A DNA stretch of 64,000 nucleotides from Octopus vulgaris (lineage: Eukaryota). The notes under the pieces were generated by a model. It did no database searches. It worked only from the letters and a program-made list of their open reading frames with translations, and had not been told where the DNA came from. The stretch is from contig OX597819.1 in assembly GCA_951406725.2 (NCBI GenBank), positions 74,462,001-74,526,000 of the forward strand, given 5' to 3'. Below, piece after piece: positions 30,318 through 42,140 of the stretch. The stretch's first letter is position 1. Every line of letters begins with the position of its first letter. Both the position numbers and the translations under genes were made by a program.

Positions 30318-30620
30318 GGCTTAGTAAAATAAATTACTTTGCCGCATACTGAACTCATTAGAAATAGCAGCTAAAAACTTTTTAAAAACCATTTCTAATA
30401 CTTAAAGAAAATAATCTTGAAACGTACGTTCTCAAATAACCTTTGCATTTGATTTTTTGATGTCTTTACCCCCAAACTTTCGTGAGTTGAGTTGACCAAA
30501 CACTATATGAGAGAGATTTTCTTTAAGTATTAGAAATGGTTTTTAAAAAAGTTTTTTAGCTGCTATTTCTAATGAGTTCAGTATGCGGCAAAGTAATTTA
30601 TTTTACTAAGCCCTTTTATA
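30311..30620. repeat. ~100-bp near-perfect inverted repeat with ~105-bp spacer
   Basis: ATAAAAGGGCTTAGTAAAATAAATTACTTTGCCGCATACTGAAC... is mirrored at ~30518-30620. Confidence 0.9.
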
Positions 30621-30714
30621 TATTGTAATAATTTGAATTCGCCTTAAATGGTCCCTTTGCATACTGAACACTTGGTGAAATTAATTAATAATTAATTAAT
30701 TTTACCCTCAATTG

Positions 30715-30782
<68 letters not shown>

Positions 30783-30819
30783 GTATATATATATGTATAT
30801 ATATGTATATATATATATG

Positions 30820-30872
<53 letters not shown>

Positions 30873-30885
30873 GTATATATATATG

Positions 30886-31012
<127 letters not shown>

Positions 31013-31028
31013 CGCTCATAAAAGGAGG

Positions 31029-31063
31029 GTTTAACGTTTCGAGCGGAGCTCTTCGTCGGAAAC
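31029..31063 (-). ncRNA. Minimal hammerhead variant
   Basis: gttt-CCGACGA-a-gagc(tcc)gctc-GAAA-CGTT-aaac; U4->C change in the core. Confidence 0.6.
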
Positions 31064-31173
31064 ATAGGAGAAGGAAAGATCTAGAGAAGGGAAGTCAGAG
31101 GAAAAAAAAATCGCCAACGGTACACACGAGGTCACATTACACGTATATATGTATATATATGTATATATATATT

Positions 31174-31227
<54 letters not shown>

Positions 31228-31353
31228 TTAATAAGGGTGAGAGAATTAGATACTAATGAGCTAACAATCGTACTGATTTCATGGGAAGCATGTATTTTTT
31301 GTGGTTGAAACCTTTGGATTAACTGGTGCTAGAGTGAGCATATAGTATATATT

Positions 31354-31397
<44 letters not shown>

Positions 31398-31555
31398 GTA
31401 TATATATATATATATACACGTATATATGTATGTATATATATATATGTGTGTGTATCATCATCATCATCATCGTTTAACGTCCGTTCTCCATGCTAGCATG
31501 GGTTGGACGGTTCGACCGGGGATCTGGGAAGCCAGAAGGCTGCACCAGGCTCCAG

Positions 31556-31638
<83 letters not shown>

Positions 31639-31649
31639 ATATATATATA

Positions 31650-32400
31650 GTCCTCCAGGCAATAACGGAGCAATTCAAGACAGGATGCCCCTGTGAGCTC
31701 CTCTATGCTGATGACCTTGTTCTAATTGCTGAGTCACTATCAGAACTAGAGGAGAAGTTTCAGGTGTGGAAGCGAGGATTAGAATCTAAGGCTTATGCCT
31801 ACTCCCGCTCAGAGTAAAAGGCGGACTGTTTGACGCATGTGTACAAACAGCCATGCTACATGGCAGTGAAACATAGGCTGTGACTGCTGAGGATATGCGT
31901 AAGCTCGCAAGGAATGAAGCCAGTATGATCTGATGGATGTGTAATGTCAGTGTGCATACTTGACAGAGTGTAAGTACCCCTGAGAGAAAGGTTGGACCTA
32001 AGAACCACCAGTGGTGGTGTGCAAGAGAGACGATTGCGCTGGTATGGTCATGTGGCGAGAATGGATGAGGATAGTTGTGTGAAAAAGTGCTATACCCTAG
32101 CGGTTGAGGGAAGATGTGGAAGAGGTAGACCCAGGAAGACCTGGGATGAGGTGGTGAAGCACGACCTTTGAACATTAGGCCTCACCGAGGCAATGACCAG
32201 TAACCAAGACCTTTGAAAATATGCTGTGCGTGAGAAAACCTGGCAAGACAAGTGAGACCATAACTCGTTGCCTTTAACTGGGGTGTAGCCAGCTTACTTA
32301 TGCGTACATTTCCTTCTTTGGACACAAAACTCTGTTTGCGAAGACTTGTTGAGACAAGTGAAATCGAAATTGAACTAAATTCGACGACTGGCAGTCAGTC
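31650..32400 (+). mobile_element. RTE-clade LINE 3' fragment
   Basis: IVLQAITEQFKTGCPCELLYADDLVL, MLHGSET and GRGRPRKTWDEVV; same family as 42140-45035. Confidence 0.85.
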
Positions 32401-32537
32401 CAGCGGCACTGGTAACGAATGTTTTTTTCACTTGTCCGAAAGCTCTGAAAAATAAGCTGTAGCGGTTTTGCAAGGACTCGTTTGCACGATTTGAGAAGGA
32501 TCACTGGAAATCCATCCGGTACAGCAGCTAAATTTGT

Positions 32538-32925
32538 GAAGATACTCTTTAAATGACTTTGTCCATTGCGAAAGCGAAACTCAAACACGTGTCCGTAGAC
32601 TTGAACAAAACTATTATTTTCCTTTAGGCAATCTTTAAGTAAGTTTGTTTTCGTTTTCTCTGACATGAATATAAGGTAAGACGAATTTATTAAAACTTTC
32701 ACACATTCAAAGTAAATATCTTATCGAAAATTTCTAAAGTTAAATATTTTAAGTCTTTTCTTTTTAAATCCTCAATCACTTTTCTGTCTACAGATTTCCT
32801 TGCTTATATTTACCACCTGATCAAACGTCCTTCACGTTTATTATTTCGATTCCTTTCTGCATATATCATATAGCCATTCGTTTTCTTCTTTCTTTCTTCC
32901 ACTCTCTTCTTAAACTTTCCTTGTG
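32538..32925. repeat. Unclassified dispersed repeat (second copy at ~39307-39712)
   Basis: Long direct match between the two loci. Confidence 0.85.
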
Positions 32926-33072
32926 TAATATTTCTCTACTACACATAACGACACCACTTGTTTCAGGCTCCTTATCTCATATGCCGTCTCTCATTGAACT
33001 TTCCTTTCTCTATCTCTTCAACACAAACCTCCGTATCACTCTCGCAAACTCCCTACTACTCGCTCACTCTCT

Positions 33073-33139
<67 letters not shown>

Positions 33140-33149
33140 TTCAATAAAA

Positions 33150-35194
33150 ATCAACAGATGGACACCAACAACCGCAAATTCATACAGTCAGATTCAGGCA
33201 AACAAAATACAAAAGATGCGTTCAAATTTGCAGTTCGAAGAGCTCCGTCTCTTTATACAAGGATGGAGCATGAACGAGGGTTCTTCGTTCAACGACCTGA
33301 TAGCAGCGGCCTTGAAAAGCTATGGTTACCATAGGTCCATGGCACAGATTGCTCGAAAGAAACAAGAGTTCATACGCTCCCATGTTCTTGTCAAGCCGTT
33401 TATCAACTTTCTGAAAGACATAATGAAGGAGACAGGAGTGCTCAATGACGACCCTGCATGCCTGGAATCCAATGAAGGACAAACAGACAGCATAAAAAAC
33501 GAAACTGCAAACATCACTGACCCCAAAAACAGCACTGAAAATGAATCTGCAAACAATACTGGCCCCAAAAACAACACTGACAGCAGCAACAGCTGCAATA
33601 AGAATGGTGAAAGCAGGAATGTGGTGGTAAAGAGAGGCAGACAAAAAAAATTGGTACAGCCAAGGAAACTGGTGTCCTGATGTCTGAAGTTAATAGGAAG
33701 GACAAGCAAAAAGACAAAAACCCAAAACGCCAAAAGGTAAAATGAAGAAGCATAGGGATAGAAATGGACAGGGTCCTGGTTGCATGTAAATTTGACCTAA
33801 ATGGCACCTGCAGGCATGGAGAAACAGGAGAGGGCTGCTGCTTTGCCCACCCCAAAACCTATGAGGGAAATCATCGAGCATGGGTCTGCAGAAAAATACT
33901 GCACCAGCTAGAACAAACCCATCTGAAAAGAGCAGGAAAAGAGATCAACGCATGCATTCTGCACCCCTCAAGAGGCAATATGCAGAGGCTGTACGAACTG
34001 CAGAAATCGAACAACAGTTTTTTTTAACATGGCCCAGAAGATAATACAGCAACTGACATGGATACACAGGATGCAAACTCAAAGCCATGCATTCCAATGC
34101 ACGAAACCACCCCAGGTGACAGGCCCAGGATGGCCACCACTAACACCTACCCCATATCACACCCATATTCCTACTGAAAATTGGGGGAGTTTGCTACAAT
34201 TCAGTAACAGAGGTAAAATTCTCTTTCTAAAAGAGCTTGCTACATTCAATCAAGCAATATGCATGGCACTCACTGAAATACATCTAGCCCTTGATGTAAC
34301 AAATGCGGAAGTGCACATACAGAAGAGAAAGAAGCCACGGCGGAGTTGTTGTGTACATCTGTGAAGACGTCACACCTCTTGTATTATTGTCACATTCAAA
34401 CTCAGTTTGTAACACCTTAATAAAACATTTAAAGCAAACTGATATAGCTATAAGCTATATATCGTCCGCCAAATACCACAAAATATGATGGAAAATTTGA
34501 GGATAGCCTCAGACATGTCGAAGAAGTATTAACAAACCTAGATCAGAACATCAATATACTCTTCCTGTGTGATTTCAACTTCCCACATGTCAAATGGCCA
34601 GAAGGCAACATCCTCTCTGGGATGTCACTGCATGAACAAAAGCACGTAGATACGTTTGAAATTACTAATAAGCTGTTCATGGAGCGATACTCAGGCCAAC
34701 CAGGGGGAACAATATATTGGACCTATGCTTCACAATTAATGTGGACCTCATCCGTAATGTGAAGGTTACACCAATGGCACTCTCAGATCACAACATTGTT
34801 GAACTAAGAATGTATGGTCCTGTGCAAAATGTTGGTATCTACCCTATCAGGAGGGCTCAAGCCTTATCCAACCTGAATTTCCATAAGGCGAAATGAGAAT
34901 CGATCTGCAAAGAGATCCACAAACGAAACTGGTCCAACATTCTGTGTATGCAAGACATTGATCTGAAACTCAGCCAGTTTATGTCAACAGTGCAAGCTAT
35001 ATGCACTAAATATGTCCCAGAAAGAAAGGCCAGCACACTGTCAAACAAGATTTCCAGGGACAGAAAAATCCTCATGAGACGTAGGTCGAAGATCTCAAAG
35101 CGGCTGAATAGACAACTGACGGATAGAGAGAAGTCTGTTTTAACACGGACACTCCTAGAAATTGAAAGCAGGATCAAACTTTCTCAAGGGAAAG

Positions 35195-35252
<58 letters not shown>

Positions 35253-37075
35253 GTAAAGCATAAAAACAAATCCCAAAGCTTTCTATAAATTCGCAAAGGA
35301 AACAGCCACAATACAATGTAAGATAGGACCATTGTTCCAAGGAAATGACTCACTGACTGCAGACCCAAGAAGAATAAGTGAGATACTCAGTGAACAATTT
35401 AAAAGTGTCTTCACTTCCCCCCTTGGACATATGCAGATAAAAAAAATCCAGCTGAATTCTTTGATATTGCAGCTCTAAAAAAGGAAGCGCCAACCATCAA
35501 TTACATCAACATTGAGGAAACAGATGTAACAGCGGCCATAGACAAAAAGATCATGCTCCGCCGCTGGTCCTGATGGCTTCCCATCTATTTTCCTAAAGTC
35601 ATGTAAGCAGGCTTTAGCGAAACCACTTCAGATACTTCAGATACTTTTCCAAAGTTTCCTTGAAAGTGGTATACTTCCTAAAAAGCTGAAAGAAGGTATT
35701 ATATGCCCTATCCACAAAGATGGAAGTAGAGCAGAGGCCAAAAACTACAGGCCAATCTCTCTGACTTCGCATATCAGTAAAGTCACGGAGCGAATCATCA
35801 GAAAGAAGTTGATAATGTTCCTAGAAGGAAATGACCTATTGAACAATACACAGCATGGCTTCCGTTCAGGAAGAAACTGCCTCACACAGCTCCTACAGCA
35901 CTATGACTGGGTTTTGAAACAGCTGCTTGACCATTCAGATTCAGTATGATATACCTTGACTTTGCAATGGCGTTTGATAAGGTAGGTCATGGGATAAGTC
36001 ATAAGCTACGAGACATTGACATTGCTGGTAAACTGGGTGAGTGGCTGCATGACTTCCTTAAAAACAGAAGTCAGCTGGTTGCAGCCAATGGCGCCCTTTC
36101 TGAGGAAACTGAAATCATAAGTGGTGTCCCCCAGAGAAATGTTCTGGGGCCATTACTGTTCATAATAGTCCTCTTAGACATGCTCACAGTCACTCGGACA
36201 GCCACTGTCACTAGTTATGCCGATGACACAAAATTATCACTGGCAGTAAAAAACCAAGAGGATATTACAAGCGTACAGTGGGATCTGAACTCAGTATACA
36301 ATTGGGTTGAAATAAACAACATGCAGTTTAATGCTGGGAAATTTCAAGCACTGCATTATAAACTCAGTACAAATACAGTACAATGCACATTTAAAGGACC
36401 TAAAAACACTACAATCTCAGAGTCTCAGGCAGTGAAAGACTTGGGGATCAGTATGTGCAATGACGCATCATTTCATATCCACATAAGCAAGATGGCAGCA
36501 AAATGCAGATAACTGGCAGGATGGATACTGAGGTCCTTCAAGCCAAGAGACCAAGAAATTATGTTGACCCTGTGGAGAACCTTTGTTCTCGGCCACCTGG
36601 ACTACTGTTCCCAATTATGGTCACCACATAGTGCTACACTAACAGCGGAGCTTGAAGCAGTCTAACGCCACTACACTAAAAAGATTGAAACAGTGCAGTG
36701 GGTGAGCTACAGGGATAGGCTGAGAAGACTACACCTCTACTCCTTAGAGTGAAGGCGTGACAGATACGCAATAATATACATATGGAAAATCCTAGAAGGG
36801 CTAGTACCTAACTTTGGCATTGAACTAGCTGCCGTTGCATTGTACCAAAGGTACCGTCCACTCCATCTAAATTCAGGACCAGGTATTGCAATAATCTAGG
36901 GTTCAAAGGCCCACAGCTTTTCAATGTCCTGCCCCAAAAATTAAGAAATTTGCTTAAAGTGGAAGTAGATGTCTTCAAAAATGAATTAGACATCCTCCTT
37001 TCTAGAATACCAGATGAACCAACAGCCCGATATAAGGTACAGATGAGGGCAGCGGAATGAAACTCGATTATACAT
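33150..37075 (+). mobile_element. Near full-length decayed CR1/L2-group LINE (ORF1 + endonuclease/RT ORF2)
   Basis: ORF1-like region with a CCCH-type motif (CKFDLNGTCRHGETGEGCCFAH); APE motifs (ALTEIHL, GGVVVYI, DFNFP, SDH); RT motifs (NYRPISLTS, QHGFR, YLDFAMAFDKV, SGVPQ, YADD); many stops. Confidence 0.9.
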
Positions 37076-37095
37076 TTTGGTCCCATATATGTAAG

Positions 37096-37137
<42 letters not shown>

Positions 37138-37571
37138 AATTTTGTATGACTCTTATTCTTTCATTCTTTCTTTCTTTCAGCCTCCTCACACTTACTTCAT
37201 TCTTTCCACTCTTCTTTCTTTCATCCCACCCCCTCACATTTCCTGGCCTTCCCTTCATTCTCACCTTCCTTCTTCTTTTACTTCACTCTGACCCATTTCT
37301 TTTTTCTCATTCCTCCCTAATTCTTCTATCCCCCTGCCTCTACCTCTCCCCCCTCCTTCCACGTGACTGGTGTTCGACCATGCCTGACCTTTCTTTCTTG
37401 GTTCGACTACCATCCATGCAACATCTATATTCCTCCCCATACCTGTCATCTCTTATGTCCCTGCCATAATACCAGCTTAATTTAATTCGTCCTTAGTCGA
37501 AAGACACCTGTTGTTAATGTCCTGTTGATAACATTTGTGTTTATGACCTCTTACTGTCAAATGGCACAGTC

Positions 37572-38700
37572 GGAAAATTGGGAGAGCGGCTGCATGACTT
37601 TCTGAAGGATAGAGGTCAGGTGGTAGTAGCCAGTGGGGCCACCTCCAATGACACGCAAATAGTGAGCGGTGTTCCACAAGGCACTGTTTTGGGACCACTA
37701 CTTTTCATAATCGCCCACTCAGACATGCCCTCAGCCACACAGAGAGCCACCATCATAAGTTATGCAGATGATACAAAAGTCTCACAGGTAATACAAAACC
37801 CTGAAGACATTATGCACCTGCAATGTGAGCTGGATGAAATATATAAGTGGGCTGAAGAGAATAGCATGCAATTTAATGCTGAAAAAGTTCAAGCCTTTGC
37901 TATCAGCATGCAAAACTAAATGCAATACCCAATAAATACACTGGACCTGGAAGGATCGCAATTCCAGAGGCACAATCAGTGCGAGACCTGGGCATTTACA
38001 TGAGTAATGATGCATCCTTTCATGTACATATTGCTAAATTGGCTATGAAATACAGGCGGCTGACCGGGTGGATTCTGGAGGACACTTGTACTAAGCCACT
38101 CTGACTATTGCTCTCAGCTATAGTCATCAACCAGTGTCAAATTAATCTCAGAACTTGAGGCAATCCAACGAAGCCTCTATGTAGCTTATAAGCTATTGGG
38201 AAAGACTGAAGAGATTAAGACTCTATTCCTTAGAGCGTAGGCGAAAAAGATATGCCAAAATATACATCTGGAAGATCCTGGAGGGACTTGTCCCAAACTT
38301 TAGCATCGAGAGTTACACAAATACTAGAACTTGGAGACACTGCATAGTGCCAAGGACTCCAAATTTGCCATCAAGATATAGGACAAGATATTGCAATAGC
38401 CTGGGCTTCAGAGGTCTACAGCTCTTCAATATCCTCCCAAAGGACCTGAGAGACCTGCATAGGGTTGATGTAGGTGTCTTCAAAATAAAGCTCGATCTCT
38501 TCCTGTCAAGTGTCCCAGCTGAACCAACTTCGCGGCAGGAGGTGCTGGTGAGGGCAGCTGCATCAAACTCTCTCATGCACCAAATGTCAATTCCTAAAAA
38601 GCATTCGTAAAGTAAAATTATGTAGCAACACCAAATAGCGGTGCCCCAGCATGGCCACAGCTCATGAGCTGAAACTAGATAAAATAAAATAAAATAATAT
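37572..38700 (+). mobile_element. 5'-truncated CR1/L2-group LINE with intact 3' tail
   Basis: SGVPQGTVLGPLLF...YADDTK; ends GCGGTGCCCCAGCATGGCCACAGCTCATGAGCTGAAACTAG(ATAAA)n. Confidence 0.9.
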
Positions 38701-39004
38701 AGATAGCTAAATAAAATAAATAGATATGTATATAAGTATGTGTGTTTATATATATATATATATACATACATATATATATAGATATATATTTCTTTACTAG
38801 CCACAAGGGGCTAAACACAGAGGGGACAAACAAGGACAGACAAAGGGATTAAGTCGATTACATCGATCCAGTGCGAAATTGGTACTTTATTTATCGACCC
38901 CGAGAGGATGAAAGGCAAAGTCGACCTCGGCGGAATTTGAACTCAGAACGTAACGACAGACGAAAATACATATATAGATATAGATATATATGTATATAAG
39001 TATG

Positions 39005-39055
<51 letters not shown>

Positions 39056-39123
39056 ATATATGTATATATGTATATGTGTGTATGTATGTGTATATATATA
39101 TATGTATGTATGTGTGTATACAT

Positions 39124-39160
<37 letters not shown>

Positions 39161-40377
39161 TATACAAAATGGCGGCGTAAGAAGACTGTGTCTGTTTTTG
39201 ACTCTTGAGATATTTCCTGTACAACATACTGAAAATCAGTGCTGAAACAAAAAAAAACAATTTTATCCATGTGAATAACGCATACATGAAAGTTGTTCAG
39301 GATATGAAGATACTCTTTAAATGACTTTGTCCATATTCGTTTCTATTTAATTCACTAATTATATTGCTAAAGCGAAACTCAAACACATCCGTAGACTTCA
39401 ACGAAACTATTAATTTCCTTTAGGCAATCTTTAAGTAAGTTTGTTTTCGTTTTCTCTGACAAGAATACAATGTAAGACGAATTTATTAAAACTTTCACAC
39501 ATTCAAAGTTCGAAAATTTCTAAAGTTAAATATTTTAAGTCTTTTCTTTTTAAATCCTCAATCACTTTTCTTGTCTACAGATTTCCTTGCTTATATTTAC
39601 CACCTGATCGAACGTCCTTCACGTTTATTATTTCGATTCCTTTCTGCATATATCATATAGCCATTCCTTTTCTTCTTTCTTTCTTCCACTCTCTTCTTAG
39701 ACATTCCTTGTGTTAAATAAATATTTTCCTTCCTTAACGTTGATTACTTCGATTCCTCTTTGCACTTGGCGACGCCATTCCGCATCTTCTTTCTTTCTAT
39801 TACTCTTTCTTAAACCCTCCTAGTTATACATTTAGATTCCTGAAACTAAGTACATTATCTAGAATCGTTAAGTTGCACACTACTTAAACTTTCTTTCTTT
39901 CTCTCCCGTTTTCTCTGGACGTACCTAAAGTTATATATTTCGATTTGGGGCTTATGCAGTTTCGCACCTCTCTTTGAAAAATGCATTTTTTTGAAAAATA
40001 CTTTTTCGGATTCCTACACTTAAGATGTCGGAGATTACGAATATGTAACCAAAATTGGTGAATGACCCGGAAATGAAAATCCAAGAAAAATACTGGAATG
40101 GGTGTAAAACAATGTGTAGGAAACGAATATGGAAAAAAATGTGCGCAAAGCAACGGGAGGGTGGGGAGAGGACTTCGGAAAATTCACAAGATCCGAGTTT
40201 TTCCCTCGTAACTTTTAGGAAAATGGGTTTTTTTCAATGAAATTTTATAGAAATACCTTTCAAACGGCATACATTACGATTATAAAGTAATTTATAGGGA
40301 AAATCTTTTCCAAGGGGGTGGGGAGAGGACTTCGGAAAATTCACAAGATTCGAGTTTTTCCCTCATAACTGTATATG

Positions 40378-40439
<62 letters not shown>

Positions 40440-40469
40440 TGTGTGTGCATATATGTATATATGTGTGTA

Positions 40470-40601
40470 CTGTAAATCCTCGAGTATAATCCGCATTTTT
40501 TCCCAAAATTTAAAGGTCAAAATCCCTAGTTCGTACTATATACGAGGTTAAAAATCAAAATTATTTTCTAAGCAATATCCGAGTCTCTATTTGCTGTCTG
40601 G
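40470..40601. mobile_element. One end of the 3100-3616 MITE family
   Basis: Reverse complement of ~3485-3616. Confidence 0.8.
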
Positions 40602-41337
40602 TGTGTAGTGATTCTTACATGCATGAAGTGGATTCGATCTACCATAGCCAAATTTAAATTGACACTGCAACAGAACTTTTCCCACGATGGAGCAATGGTT
40701 TTTCTCTGACAGCAGTTTTACATTTTCCAGATGCCTTCAGCTAGGTCGAAATAATGTCTTCACCACTTGACCCTTTCTAACCTCTTCTACTTCACCAAAA
40801 GATAGAATAGAGATAACAAGACCACCAACTAAATATATTGTTCTCAATGATATATCTATCCTTCTGGATCTTTATATAAGCAAGCACATCCCAAGCAAAA
40901 ATCAGTTAATCACTTGGAGACAACTGAACGAGGCAGCTCGTGATGACTCAATTAGTTAGGGAACGGACTGCTGGAATCATGATCATATGGAATACACCTA
41001 CAAAAGATAATCTATTGTTCTCAATGATATATATCCTTCTGGATACTTATAAAAGTAAGCACACCCCAAGCAAAAATCAGTTAGTCACAGTCGGTGACGA
41101 CTCAACTAAGTAGTCACTTCGGTGACAACGAAGTCTGGCTGACCAGCTAGAACCTTGTTCAGAGGGAGAAGTGAACTTTACTGTCAGAAACAGTGAGACA
41201 ACACCCTACAATTCTCTCTATCTCTAATTCTGTTCTCTTACAACATCATTCTATCGCTATCTGCGGATTACTACTAACTATTCGTATATGCCAAACAATG
41301 TAAAGAAACATTCTACCGCATCTAACTTTCTTTCACA
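40602..41337 (+). mobile_element. Possible solo LTR
   Basis: TG...CA termini; the MITE sequence appears to resume (CAATGTTT) after it; internal ~85-bp duplication; no clear TSD. Confidence 0.35.
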
Positions 41338-41344
41338 ATGTTTT

Positions 41345-42140
41345 GGATAAGTTTCAAGCCTTCTGGTATCAGCATGCAAAACTAAATGCAATACCCAATA
41401 AATACACTGGACCTGGAGGGATCGCAATCCCAGAGGCACAGTCACAGGTAATACAGAACCATGAAGACACTATGCACTTGGAATGTGAGCTGGATGAAAT
41501 ATACAAGCGGGCTGAAGAGAATAGCATGCAGTTTAATGCTAAAAAGTTTCAAGCCTTATGCTATCAGCATGCAAAACTAAATGCAATACCCAATAAATAC
41601 ACTGAACTTGAAAGGAGTGCAATCCCAGAGGCACAGTCAGTGTGAGACCTGGGCATTTACATGAGTAATGATGCATCCTTCCATGTGCATGTTGCTAAAT
41701 TGGATTCTTAGAACTTTTAGAACAAGAGACCAGGAAACTATGATGGTCCTCTGGAGGACACTTGTACTAAGCCACTCTGACTATTGCTCTCAGCTAAGGT
41801 CACCAACCAGAGTTAAATTAATTGCAGAACTTGAAGCATCCAACAAAGCTACACAAAGAAGATAGCCTCTATGTAGATTATAAGCTATTGGAAAAGACTG
41901 AAGAGATTAAGACTCTGTTCCTTAGAGCGTAGGCGAAAAAGATATGCCATAACATACATCTGGAAGATCCTGGAGAGACTTGTCCCAAACTTTAGCATCA
42001 AGAGTTACACAAATACTAGAACTGGGCGCCACTGCATAGTGCCAAGAACACCAAATTTGCCATCAAGATGTAGGACATGATACTGCAAGAACCTGGGCTT
42101 CAGAAGACCACAGCTTTTCAATATCCTCCCGAAGGACTTG
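41345..42140 (+). mobile_element. CR1/L2-group LINE fragment with internal duplication
   Basis: Highly similar to 37785-38450; 41349-41443 duplicates 41545-41639. Confidence 0.85.
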
